A stretch of DNA of 61,986 bases, filler included, from Stramenopiles sp. TOSAG23-3 (lineage: Eukaryota): assembly GCA_900128585.1 (NCBI GenBank). It is 15 parts of 15 records of this genome, joined end to end, with 100 filler letters (N's around TTAATTAATTAA, not from the genome) between each part and the next. Parts side by side here need not be neighbours in the genome. Positions count along the whole stretch, not along the records: positions 1 to 4,053 come from LT643971.1; positions 4,154 to 8,204 come from LT643972.1; positions 8,305 to 12,355 come from LT643973.1; 12 more parts are not named here. The stretch is one strand, 5' to 3'. Both the position numbers and the translations under genes were made by a program. The notes under the pieces were generated by a model. That model did not search any database. It saw only the letters and a list, made by a program, of their open reading frames with translations, and was not told the DNA's origin. This document shows positions 1-11,092 of the stretch, piece after piece; the stretch's first letter is position 1; each line of letters starts with the position of its first letter.

Positions 1-3000
1 ACTCTTTTTCTTTTGCTTAACGCTCCCATTTTTTTTCTGCTTCCCAGCTTTTGAGGTAGCAGAAACCTTTTCTTTGATTTTGGCATTTTGCAAACGGACT
101 TTCTCTCTCGCGGCAAATTTTGTTATTTCTGCTACTGCTGCCTTCATTTCGATTGATCGTGCCCTAAATTCGTTTATGTTACCGTCGGATGGCAACATCA
201 TGCCTCCGGTGGCATCTTCTCGAAAGCCAAGAGCGACTATGATATCCACACCACCAGGGATTGGGTTAATTTTCGTTTTATAAGATTTTGAATTGGGGTT
301 CAACCGTCTGGCGCTTTGATTGTTCGGGTTCCGAAGGATTGCATCGGCATAGCCACAAACTGTCTCCATCAATTGGCGCCACTGGTTTGCCGTGGGCAGC
401 GCGCTGTTTTTTCCAAGAGATTGACTTCCCAAGTACGACATTGCAGCACTGGCTGCATGAACATTAGAGATTTCCAAAAATTCTAGACCATTTGTGTGCT
501 GTGTGAGCTCCATGATCGATCGCCGAACGGACGTAAGCACGCTTTTGGAAAGACCACTTTTTGATGCCCCAACAGAGCCCCGCAGCGTCAAAAATCTAGA
601 AGTGGCGGACGCGGACTCGTATCCCAACGCCGCCATCAATTCTAACCCCCCTCGGTATTTTCCAATCTTAGAATCAAACATTGTTTCAGAGACGTCGATT
701 TGCCACAGTTTTTGGTTCGTGTGATTCTTTGATAGGCGCTTTGCGTACCCCAATGCCTCTTCGCAAACTTGCAGCACAACAGCCGGCACATTGAATATTT
801 TCAGGAGCCCAACTGCCGCTGCAACAGCCCGAGAGCTATGGTTGATCTTATTGTCCACTCCATCTGCCTTCGTCTCCTCGCCCATGATCGAGCTTCCATT
901 TTTCAGCGATTGTTCTTTCTGCAACGCTGCTGCGAATGAGGCCGATGCATTCAGCACGTATTCACCAGAACGAGGGTCTCGCTGTAAAAAATCATCAGCG
1001 TCGGTTTTAGGTTGCATTAACGCCCCAAACGAAGCTACAAACTCGGGAAAAGTTACAGTTCCATCTAAAGATATGTCTCGATCCTTTATCCATTTTGCAA
1101 TTGCACGATCGGAGGAGTCCTGGCCCGCTTGCCTGAACACAACACGCAATTCGCCTGCGGTTACTTTACCGTCTCGGTTTAGATCAAATCGGTCAAATGC
1201 TTGTTTAATCATTTCCAGTTGTGCTCTTTGAGCTGCTGTTTTACCGCCAACATACTTGCTTAAAACGGACTGCTGCTCTGCTGCAGAAACGGGGTGTCCG
1301 TCATTTTCCTTTTCAGTTTTGTTCTGGTGCTTCTTGTGCCGCTTCTCGTTTTTGGATGGCTTTGCATCACCAGCGGCAGAATCTTTGGCTTTCTTCTCTT
1401 TCCGCTTTGAGTTCACGGTGACGAACACGTGTCCCTTGCCTTCCATTACAGACGCTATTGCGATGTCGAGCTCGGTCTTTCTACGCCAAAGAAACGATGC
1501 AATGCCAGCGTCTAACGTTGGAAAACGAAAGCGGGGACCTTTAGATTTGTTTGTTTCCGTGCCCTCGAGAACGTATACCTCGGGGGATATATCGCTCTCG
1601 TCAAACCCTATTGCGCCCATTAGCTTCGATGCGGCATCGTTGCCGTACCTTCCAATTCGACGTTCAAATATGGGGTTTACTTTCCGTACTCTCCATCGCC
1701 TTGCATCATCAGGGTGCGACAAAATGTTCGTAACGTACTGCAAAGCGAGCTTCATTGCATCCCCAACTTCCTCCCATCCTGGCTCTTTACTGTAGAGTGA
1801 CTGGATTGCATCGGCCAGGCTGCAGCGCCCGCCATTCATTTGTTTCAATTCGTGCTCTACTTCTGCTCTTCGTGCACGTAGTAATTTGGTGGCAGCCTCA
1901 ATCTGCAATTTCCCTCCACTGGACCCAGCAATTGGGGCTTTACCTTTGGGCCATCGCAATTGATAGAACACGTCGGAGCTTCCAGCATCTCGATCTTTGA
2001 AAAAACCAACAGCTTGAATGAGCTCCGACCCACCAAGGAAACGACCCAAATTAGCATGAAACCTATCGCTCATTTCCCGCAAACGCCAATATTTTGAGTC
2101 GTATGGATTCTCTAAGACTTTGTTAATTGCCCCAACGACGAAGTCTCCTGCCGACCGAACGTCTGGCAAGGAAGCATGTAGCCGCATCTGCGAAAAGGCA
2201 GACGCAACGGTGGATTTTGAAGTGACCGACTCAAAAACAAATCCAAATTCTACCAATACTTCTGGGAAGGTAATTTTATCTCTCGGGCCCCGCCCAGTCT
2301 TTTCGGTGTAGCGTTTCACTGTGGTCCCAATCACACCATCGGTAAAAGTGAATTTAATGGGTTGCAATGACACAATTTCCCGTTTAGTGTCTTCAACGTT
2401 TCGTTTCGAACCTGCGTCCGCATTTCCCTTGCTTTGAGACGATCTACGATTATTTTCGCTGTTCTCTTTGCCCGGTACTAGCACAGATTTCGTTTTCAAA
2501 GTACGAAAGAGCTGTACTAGATCTGCTGTAACAATTTCAGCATCCTCGTCCCTGTCCAAGTCCTGAAATACTTGTCGTGCTAGATCAAGGGCTGCGACTT
2601 CGGCATCAGAACGGCCAACACACAGTCGCCGCATCAATATGTCATACTCTTGTGGTTTTCCCGTCCACCCATTTGCAAATACAAGTTGTGCCGTCTCTGA
2701 TATTGTAAGGGGCTCGTCAATAGTGTTCATTGTGGAGCTCAATGACTTTCGGTTGAATAATTTGTCGTGGTAACTTGTACTACCTTTTCCATCCCGATCG
2801 GCATCTGCAAACAGGTAGTAATAGCATCGTGCAAACTCTGCAAGCGTCAAGTTGTCCTCTGGTCGCAAACCGCAATCTTCTGTGTACTCCTTAATTTGTC
2901 CTCGGCTAACGTCTCTGTCCATATCCCATAGGGCTGCCCGTAAACGACGAACTGGGAGGACTCTGGTGCTAGACCGCCGTTCAGCTAAAGACCCTCGAGA

Positions 3001-4053
3001 CACTGAGTGACGATCAAAAGCATCCTCGATCGCTCGAATAATACCTGAGCCCAAATCTTGCGCCCAGCGCTCTTGGCGCCATTGCTTAGGGTCTTCACGG
3101 TTGTCGAGGGATATTGTGGACTTACGATCACTGCTTTCTTCACTATCGTCAAACACAACTGCGTAAGCATGTAAAAATGTCGCAAAATCAATCGTGTCGT
3201 CTGCCCTTAGTTTGCGATCTTTCCTCCACCGTCTAAGATCGGATTTGGAAGCTCTTGTGCCGATGTTCTCAAAAATATCTTCAATGGAGTCGACAGATAC
3301 TTTGGATCCTCGTTTAATTTCTTTCTCAAAATGACGGCGTGTTCCCCGAAGCCATTTGCTTTTGAAGAGTATGTCTAATTTATCCTCGTCGGTGCGCTGT
3401 TCTAGCACTTCGTCCAAATCAACACGATTCCACCGCGTGTCGTTTCGTTTAGCGATTAGCTTGGAAAGCTGTATGAGATCTTCCCAACAGTCGTCTTCTA
3501 AAGAAGATTCTGCCTTTGATTTGCTCTTCTTCCGTTTGGAGTCTTTGTCTCCGTGTGAGTCCTGACTTCTGTCGCTGCCTGAACCACTTCCTGATTCATC
3601 ACCGTCGATGCTTCGAATGCTCTTTTCTGGGACTTCTCGCTTTCGTTCCCCATCCTTGAAGCGAATATCGTATGTACCTTCAGAATGGACCTTTAAAATT
3701 GTCCCCTCGTAATATTTAGTCCAACCTCTCACTTTGGCTTCCACCTTGTCTCCAACCCTCCATTTCGATTTCTTCCGACTCCTAGATCGTGAGCTTCTCG
3801 AGCGACTCTTTGAATGACGATCGCGATCGCGGTCGTCGTCCGATGATCGACCTCCATCATCGCCTCCCCATTTAATTTCGCTTTCTTTCACACCACGCTT
3901 GCGTTCACCGTCCTCAAACTTTATGTCGTACGTACCATCAGAGTTCTTTCGAGTTATCTCTCCACCGTAGTATCTGGTCCATCCGCGAACTTTCGCTTCC
4001 ACCTTGTCGCCAACACGACGACTCTTAGTTCGACTTCTAGGACTCTTTGAACG
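1..4053 (-). CDS. Large multidomain protein, open at both ends: 2 Tudor/Agenet-like domains, RS-rich linker, EF-hands, 4 PUB-like domains (absent from ORF track)
   Basis: Manual translation of the minus frame starting at 4053 gives VGDKVEAKVRGWTRYYGGEITRKNSDGTYDIKFEDGE and a second copy VGDKVEAKVRGWTKYYEGTILKVHSEGTYDIRFKDGE. An EF-hand pair AFDRFDLNRDGKVTAGEL...RDISLDGTVTFPEF lies at about 1200-1030. PUB-like segments include YVTNILSHPDDARRWRVRKVNPIFERRIG...LMGAIGF. All sampled segments share one frame, and the ORF track reports no stop-terminated ORF in it. Confidence 0.85.
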
Positions 4054-4153
4054 NNNNNNNNNNNNNNNNNNNNNNNNNNNNNNNNNNNNNNNNNNNNTTA
4101 ATTAATTAANNNNNNNNNNNNNNNNNNNNNNNNNNNNNNNNNNNNNNNNNNNN
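4054..4153. other. Artificial contig spacer (N44-TTAATTAATTAA-N44), first of 14
   Basis: Identical 100-bp spacers start at 4054, 8205, 12356, 16505, 20653, 24801, 28947, 33088, 37228, 41360, 45489, 49614, 53739 and 57863. The core gives stops in all six frames, and contig lengths never increase along the window. Confidence 0.99.
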
Positions 4154-4447
4154 GTACAGGTACTTCTATTACGTACATTACCACAACATATTTATTATTA
4201 TAATAATAAATAATAAATAATACAATCCAAGAAGAAGTATAATACTTTTTATTATTTTTTTGCACTTTTTATTTTCTTGGATTCAAATAGTAAATATGTA
4301 TGAAGTACAATGTACAATGGATCTTTTTAATACATCTGTTTTGGAAAAAATCAGCGAACGGTAAGAAGAAAAAAACCAGCAAAACCATTGGAACAATCAC
4401 GACGAAAACCAAACCAACCTTGGTGTATTCAAGTAACCAAACACACC

Positions 4448-6583
4448 ATGACCTCGTTCAACAAATCGCTTTACTACTTTCCAAAGGAAACCCCCGTGGT
4501 GCAACTGATTTGCAAGTCAGCCTTCGACAACCTGAGCGAAGTGGAAAAAAAATATGCCACAATGATCGCTGGCGCCTCGTGGAAAGCGGCTCTAATTTGC
4601 CTCTTTCAGACGTCGCCAGAGTCTCCCCTGATTTTTTCCTTGTTGCGGTTGGCGTTCGACTTCATGTCGTCGGAGGCGGTGAAAAAGTTTGAACAGCTTC
4701 AAGGCGCGTGCGAAGTGTCCACGGAGGCTTTTGACCAGGCGATGGCGTACATCGCTGGTTTTTTTGGAAATCTTGGTAACTACAAGAGCTTTGGGGATAC
4801 AAAGATAATTCCAGAGTGTTCAGGCGCAGAATTGGAGAAGATTGTAATGAAGGCGGCCGAGATGTCCGACAACGCCACCGCATGCGCAGAGCTGTGGGAA
4901 AAGGTGAAGGTTGCAGTCTACAGTTTAGAGCCACGCCTTCGGTCGTTGGGCTTCGGACCCGTGGAAGGAATTTCCACTTACTACTCGTCGAATTGCACCA
5001 AGGAAGACGCTGCGTTTTGCCAGAGGTTCTTGGACACAAACGGGATATCTGCGTACAACACTCGGCTGTTTAAGGTGTGCGTGGAAGCCAAGCCTACAAT
5101 GTACATCGTAAGCGTTGCCGCTGCCAAAGCGTCGTCGGACGAGCCCGTTATGTTTGAGGGTGCACAGTTTGTGGTGCAGCGGGGCGATCACAAAGCATTC
5201 ATGGAAAAGGCTGTTGCATTGCTCCGTGAAGGGGCAAAGTACGCTGCGAACGAAACGCAAAAGCGAATGCTGAGTCTGTACGCGGAATGTTTTGAATCGG
5301 GCGACCTGAACAAACATATCGAGGGGTCGCGCGAATGGATCAAAGACAAGGGCCCGGTAGTTGAATCGTACATCGGCTTCATTGAAAGCTACCAGGACCC
5401 CATGGGCACCCGAGGGGAGTGGGAAGGGTTTGTTGCAGTTGTGAACAAGGAAATGTCTGCGAAGTTTCAATCGCTGGTAGATTCTGCGGAAAGCTTTCTA
5501 CCAAAACTTCCGTGGCCCTCGTCGTTTGAGAAAGATGTGTTCCAACGCCCGGATTTCACTTCCCTGGAGGTGCTAGGGTTTGGCTCGAGTGGCATTCCAG
5601 CAGGGATCAACATTCCGAACTACAACAGTGTGCGACAGATCGACGGTTTCAAAAATGTCTCTTTGGGCAACGTACTCGCGTCTGCGTACAAACCCAAAGC
5701 TGGGGAACCGGTGACCTTCGTCCAGGAGAAAGACGTAAAGTTGTACCAGGACTTGGTCACAGAAGCGTTCGAAGTCCAGGTCGGTTTGCATGAATTGCTA
5801 GGCCATGGGAGTGGGAAAATGTTTATGGGGGAAGAGTCTGCCAAGGGCGCGATCAACCCGTTGACGGACAGCGCCGTCGCGTCGTGGTACGGGGACGGGG
5901 AAACGTACGACAGCAAATTTCCGATCATATCGAGCTCGTACGAAGAGTGCCGGGCAGAGCTAGTGGGAATGTTCTTGTGCCCAAACAAGGACGTGCTGTC
6001 TATCTTTGGGCACGTTGGGGAGAAGGCAGACGACATTTGCTACATAAACTGGCTCCATATGGCAAGGGCTGGCATCTTGGCACTTCTGTTCTGGTCCCCA
6101 GAGACCAAGCGATGGGGGCAAGCCCACATGCAAGCAAGGTTTGCAATTTTGCGGTGCATGCTTGAGGCCGGGAATGGCTTTGTGGAAGTGCAAAAGAACG
6201 AAAAGGGGGAAACGTTCCTCAGCATGGACAGGTCGAAAATTGGTTCCGTGGGAGTTAAGGCGATCGGGAATTTTTTGCAACGGGTACAAGTATACAAAGC
6301 CACAGCCGATTTCGACGCTGCGAAGGCCATGTATGATACTTACACCACCGTCGACGAACAGTTTCAGGAACTCAGGGCCGAGGTTATTGCAAGGCGCAAG
6401 CCAAGAAAGATTTTTGTTCAACCAAATTTGCTGATGTCTGAGGCCACTGGGGCAGTAACACTTGAAGAATACGACCCATCGCCACGGGGCGTTATTGAAA
6501 GCTTCGTTGCACGGTATTTGAAAAGTGAAGTGGAGGATGTCATTCAGCAGGCAGAAAGTGAAGAAAAATACCACCAGTATTGA
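4448..6583 (+). CDS. DPP3: Dipeptidyl peptidase III (peptidase M49)
   Basis: Signature HELLGH and EECRAE zinc motifs, plus GFIESYQDP and GIPAGINIPNY. First ATG at 4448 (caccATG). Confidence 0.96.
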   Translation: MTSFNKSLYYFPKETPVVQLICKSAFDNLSEVEKKYATMIAGASWKAALICLFQTSPESPLIFSLLRLAFDFMSSEAVKKFEQLQGACEVSTEAFDQAMAYIAGFFGNLGNYKSFGDTKIIPECSGAELEKIVMKAAEMSDNATACAELWEKVKVAVYSLEPRLRSLGFGPVEGISTYYSSNCTKEDAAFCQRFLDTNGISAYNTRLFKVCVEAKPTMYIVSVAAAKASSDEPVMFEGAQFVVQRGDHKAFMEKAVALLREGAKYAANETQKRMLSLYAECFESGDLNKHIEGSREWIKDKGPVVESYIGFIESYQDPMGTRGEWEGFVAVVNKEMSAKFQSLVDSAESFLPKLPWPSSFEKDVFQRPDFTSLEVLGFGSSGIPAGINIPNYNSVRQIDGFKNVSLGNVLASAYKPKAGEPVTFVQEKDVKLYQDLVTEAFEVQVGLHELLGHGSGKMFMGEESAKGAINPLTDSAVASWYGDGETYDSKFPIISSSYEECRAELVGMFLCPNKDVLSIFGHVGEKADDICYINWLHMARAGILALLFWSPETKRWGQAHMQARFAILRCMLEAGNGFVEVQKNEKGETFLSMDRSKIGSVGVKAIGNFLQRVQVYKATADFDAAKAMYDTYTTVDEQFQELRAEVIARRKPRKIFVQPNLLMSEATGAVTLEEYDPSPRGVIESFVARYLKSEVEDVIQQAESEEKYHQY

Positions 6584-6634
6584 GGTGCACTGAGTGTTGA
6601 GGAGGGGGTGGGGCGTTCGTTCGTCATCACAATT

Positions 6635-6667
6635 AAAAACGAAAAATTGGCTGTTATTTAAGTAATT
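6635..6667 (+). repeat. Dispersed 3'-flank motif A (consensus AAAAACAAGAAAATTGGCTGTTATTTAAGTAATT), one of six copies
   Basis: Other copies on the minus strand at 15583-15606, 45641-45665, 45681-45707, 51875-51900 and 52177-52200. Confidence 0.8.
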
Positions 6668-6939
6668 GAAATTCATGGACTGCGAACTTATCTCTACTTT
6701 ATTTTCGTCGTTTGGTGTTGTATAATACTTAGTCTAGTAGGTACAAAGTACTAAAATATTATCATTTACGAAGTACATTAATCTTTTTTTATACAAGACA
6801 ATGTGTTGCAGTGTTGCAGAAAAGTGCTGGGCGGCGTCTCCCACTCCCTTGTTGCGGCCAGCGTTTCCTCTTCTTTCTGCATGCGAAAATCTCGCTGTCA
6901 AGCTTGACTGTAACCAAGCTGAGCCATGGATCACTTCGT

Positions 6940-7356
6940 TTAGTTGGCTTTCTCTTTGATGTCCGTTGTAAGAATGTACGCGTTGACCAAAACAAGTACG
7001 ACTTGAAGGGCAATTTGTGGGTACCAGGTGAGGCTGACGCACTCTTCAGGCGATTGGTAGTTGATCCAAACAAAGTTAATGAGATGCAGGACAGTCATCA
7101 TCATCGTTTGCTTTAAATGAGCTTTCAATGGAACGCCAAAGACGAACGGGCCGAGGAGGAACGAGAAGAACAGTGCACCGGCCATTCGCGCCCACCATTC
7201 CGAAATGGGATGGGCAGAACCTTTGGTCCAGTAGATTAAAGGAGTGCCGCCCGGGGAGTTTGGACCGAACATATCGTTTTGGCTGATGTACATTCCAGCA
7301 CTAAAGAATCCGAACATTCCCAAAATGAACTTGGCATAGTTTTCCGCAAGTCCCAT
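6940..7356 (-). CDS. Small multi-pass membrane protein of unknown function (138 aa)
   Basis: ATG start after aac, about four hydrophobic segments, GC higher than the flanks, convergent with DPP3. Confidence 0.7.
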   Translation of the reverse strand: MGLAENYAKFILGMFGFFSAGMYISQNDMFGPNSPGGTPLIYWTKGSAHPISEWWARMAGALFFSFLLGPFVFGVPLKAHLKQTMMMTVLHLINFVWINYQSPEECVSLTWYPQIALQVVLVLVNAYILTTDIKEKAN

Positions 7357-8092
7357 GTTGTTTATAGATAAGTGGTTTGGTTTAATTTGGTTTGGTATCT
7401 TATACAGAAGAAAAAAGATGACGTGTTTTTGTTGGCGATTTTATGTGAACAGTTTCTTTTAACAACACATTTGTTTTTGTATATGTCACAAATGGAACCA
7501 CTCCTCTCTCTCTCTCTCTTACTTAGACTGTACCCGAACCCATTCTTTCTTTCTTTCTTTCTTCTTCTTCTCTTCTTCGTTTTTTGTTTTTTTTTTTTAC
7601 ACTACACACCATACACTTAATATAAAAAATAATAATTTTTATTATTATTTTTTATTTAAAAAATAAAATAAAATCTTTTGTTTTTTTACAACATAAGGAA
7701 TTATATATAATTCATTATGTATTTAACAAAAATATCTATTATATAATATATATAAATCACTATTAATATAATTATATTAGTTATATCAAATTAATTAGAC
7801 CTTAATTAACAAAGTTTAGATTTAATTTCTATATCTGTTCTTGAAAAATAGAAATGAAAAAATAGAATATGTAATACAAGTACATGATAAATATATACCT
7901 ATATAAATAAATATCTTTTGGAATCTTGGATACCATCAATGTTATTTCAATGAGAAACGAGTTGGACTTAAATGTGTTTCCACCGACATTATTACCTATA
8001 TATTTATTAATTTTAACACTATCATTTATTGTATACTTACCAAAACCACCAATTCAGTTCAGCACATTTTCGGGGGGGAGGAGGTTGGCTTG

Positions 8093-8204
8093 AAGAAGAA
8101 AGAAGAGGAAAAGAAAGAAGCGGAAAAGAAAGAAGAAGAAGAAGAAGAAGAAGAAGAAGAAGAAGAAGAAGAAGAAAGAAGAAGAAGAAGAAGAAGAAGA
8201 AGAA
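8093..8204 (+). repeat. (GAA)n microsatellite at contig end
   Basis: Long AGAAGAAGA run directly before the spacer. Confidence 0.95.
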
Positions 8205-8304
8205 NNNNNNNNNNNNNNNNNNNNNNNNNNNNNNNNNNNNNNNNNNNNTTAATTAATTAANNNNNNNNNNNNNNNNNNNNNNNNNNNNNNNNNNNNNNNN
8301 NNNN

Positions 8305-8383
8305 ACATAATCCGCCGATGATTCTTTCTTTCTAGTCTTTTCTTCTTTTGTCTTTTGTTTTCCTTCCCTTCCCTTTCTTTTCT
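8305..8383 (+). repeat. 79-bp sequence exactly inverted at the other end of the same contig (12277-12355)
   Basis: ACATAATCCGCCGATGATTCTTTCTTTCTAGTC...CCCTTTCTTTTCT equals the reverse complement of 12277-12355. Confidence 0.95.
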
Positions 8384-8593
8384 CTCTTCCTTTTCCTTTG
8401 TTTCTATATTGTATGGGATGAATTTTGTACCACCCCGTTGCGAGTTCTTTGATACGTTCAATTTTCTTGTCCACCAAAACCTGAAGTTGGTTTCCTGAAG
8501 CGTCTTTTCCCCCGGACACACATACCCAAAAAAAAGAAACAAAACAGGGGAAGGTCCTGTGGTTGTTTGAACGAACAGAGGCTAGTAAAAAAC

Positions 8594-9700
8594 ATGAAAG
8601 AAAACAAAGGGAGAAGGTTCAAGGTCAGCATAAAACTTACGCTGCGAAACTCCATTCTGCTCGTACTATGCCTTCAGAACGCTGGGTTCACGTTGCTACG
8701 GAGGTACTCGCAAGGCGTCCTGAAAGAGCGCTATGACTACTCTTCGTTGCTTTTGGTAGGAGAGTTTTTCAAACTAGCAACAAGCGCGTACATGACAGCG
8801 TTTGGCCCGGGCCAAAGAGATGACACGGATATCAAACACATGGCCGGGGTTGCGAAGCTCCGGTATTTGGCCATCAACGCGAAAAAGATGGTCATGCTCG
8901 CAGGGATATACGGGGCGATGAACCTCTTTAGTTTTATATCGCTGGCGCGCATCAGCGCCGTCGAGTTCACGGTTGCGTCGCAGCTGAAAATACTCGTAAC
9001 GGCAGTGTTTTTCGTGATTTTGTTCCAGCGTAAAATTTCGGCGACCCGGTGGAGGGCGCTGGTGTTGCTCGTCTGTGGCGTCATTTTGGTCTCGAATCCA
9101 GACAGGGGGGCAGGCAGCAGCAGCACGGGGGGCGAGCGGTCCCGCTTCGGCGTGTTTGTGGGGTACGCAGCCGTTTTGATCCAGGTCTGCATGTCCGGCT
9201 TTGCGGCCGTCTATTTCGAGAAAGTGATCAAGTCCAGCACGGAGCGCCTGAGCATTTGGGACCGAAACTTCCAGCTCGCTGGGTGCAGCATCATTTTCTA
9301 TTTCGCCACGTACTTGTTTCAGCAGGTTGCCGGAACAAAGGACGAAGGGGCCGCGCCCGGGGGGGGCGGTTTTTTTGCAGGCTGGAGTGTTATAACCTTG
9401 GTTTTGTCCATGCTGAGTGCGGGGGGAGGCATACTGGTTGCCCTGACGTTCAAGCATGCCGATTCTATTCTGAAGACCCTCGCCGTGAGCCTCGCCATGG
9501 TGGCGACGACGTTCTTCAGTTGGATGCTTTTGGGGGCAGAGCTGAACATTACCATGCTCATTGGGGCAGTTTGCGCGATGCTCGGCGTGGTCAATTACAA
9601 CTGGGACACCACCCCGCCGGAACCGCTGAAGCCAGTAGAGGAGGTAGCGAAAGAGACGGTCGCACTGTTGGATACCCCAAAAGAGGAGGACCGGACGTAA
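8594..9700 (+). CDS. Nucleotide-sugar transporter, SLC35A family (UDP-Gal/CMP-Sia-like)
   Basis: Motifs LQNAGFTLLRRYS, SQLKILVTAVF, SGFAAVYFEKVIK, SIWDRNFQLA and GGILVALTFKHADSILK; about 10 TM segments. Confidence 0.92.
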   Translation: MKENKGRRFKVSIKLTLRNSILLVLCLQNAGFTLLRRYSQGVLKERYDYSSLLLVGEFFKLATSAYMTAFGPGQRDDTDIKHMAGVAKLRYLAINAKKMVMLAGIYGAMNLFSFISLARISAVEFTVASQLKILVTAVFFVILFQRKISATRWRALVLLVCGVILVSNPDRGAGSSSTGGERSRFGVFVGYAAVLIQVCMSGFAAVYFEKVIKSSTERLSIWDRNFQLAGCSIIFYFATYLFQQVAGTKDEGAAPGGGGFFAGWSVITLVLSMLSAGGGILVALTFKHADSILKTLAVSLAMVATTFFSWMLLGAELNITMLIGAVCAMLGVVNYNWDTTPPEPLKPVEEVAKETVALLDTPKEEDRT

Positions 9701-10012
9701 TTGCCAGCATTTGGGAAACCGACGAATTGCGAAGGTCCAAGCCTACGCCATCAAAAGTTACGCATCATCTGCATATGTCATAGGACTGGATAGCGAGGGA
9801 GGAGGGCCGGACGGTTTTAAAGTTAGCCTGTGCAGAGGGTCACCGAGAGGGACAACGCGGTTTGGTAACGACAGAAACGTCAGGGTTGCCTTACAAAGAT
9901 AAATATGCACGATATGTAATGTAAATTCATAGGATTAACGTTTGTTGTAAAATTAGTTATTTGGCTTTTACGCCCCCCCCCGGCACGTTCGGACGCCATG
10001 CTCTCCATCGCC

Positions 10013-10450
10013 TTACCAGTCCGGGTTCATTTTTCGCTTCCCGCGTTCGTCCTTCTGGTCCAATCTACGGTCGAAAATGTCCGCTGCTGCACTAGCGGAG
10101 GCCATTGCAAAGGCTGCCCCGCACCCTGCTCGCACACTCTGCGCGGGGATGCCGAGCACGAGGCCGGCCATAGCACCGCCAATCGCAGCAGAAACGGGGC
10201 CTTTCCCCCCCGTAACGGCTTCCCCAAAGCAGGTGCCTGCCCCGTAGGTAGCGCCGACGACGCCGAACAAGCCAGCGTAACGGCCTAACAACGCGTTTGT
10301 GCGCTTAATCGTGGCTGCCCGCCCGACCAATTCGGTCGGGTTTTGCTGCCAGGCAGAGGCAACGGCCCCAAATATCCCACCAGCTATGGCACCCGACAAG
10401 GCCCCGGCACCAAACCTTTCGGCACACCCTCCTTCTGTTATGTTCGGCAT
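10013..10450 (-). CDS. Tim17/Tim22/Tim23-family protein (NDUFA11/B14.7-like)
   Basis: Gly-rich GxxxG helices GALSGAIAGGIFGAV, FGVVGATYGAGTC and AAIGGAMAGLVLG; ATG at 10450. Confidence 0.8.
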   Translation of the reverse strand: MPNITEGGCAERFGAGALSGAIAGGIFGAVASAWQQNPTELVGRAATIKRTNALLGRYAGLFGVVGATYGAGTCFGEAVTGGKGPVSAAIGGAMAGLVLGIPAQSVRAGCGAAFAMASASAAADIFDRRLDQKDERGKRKMNPDW

Positions 10451-11092
10451 ATTAGTTGAACAGAAACGCACACACGCAAGACACGCAGCACACAAACAAA
10501 CAGCGAAGAAGAGAGAAACAAAAAAAAAGCGAGAGAGAAGTTAACTCAAACCCAAACGAAAACGCAGCACGACGTTGGCAAACGAAAAATACAATTTTCA
10601 ATACACTTGTCCTTTTCTTTCAACTTCGATCAAAATGCAATGCAAAAAAACTCCTTTTTTGTTCTTGTAATTTTTTCCTCCGTCCGGCATCAATTATTAA
10701 GGAAATAATAATTGAATTTAAAAAAATAAATATAGTACATTATAATTGTATTCTATTTAATCATATAAACTATCATGAAGTGCGGATTTGTGTTAAGTAT
10801 AGATTGAATACAATCAAATATCCAATATTAATGTTTAATGTTCTGCCCTTATAACATTCGATCTTTTTCATTTAAATAAAAACTGGGATAATCCTCCACC
10901 GTTCAAAAAAGGTTCTTATAAATAGGATAAATAATATTATATATACAATGATAATGTACTTGTATGTATTATTATAAAGAAACAACTATAATTATATTAC
11001 TATAAATACTAGTCAAACCTCTTTTTGATGTTTTTTTGGATCTTATTAGAACATTGCAATTATCACACTTTAAATTATTTGATACATCTGGG

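Noticed and set aside
74-3565. Many short plus-strand ORFs in contig 1 and antisense ORFs over GC-rich genes (e.g. SAM50, PLRG1)
   Set aside because: They are shadow frames of the real genes and have no independent motifs.
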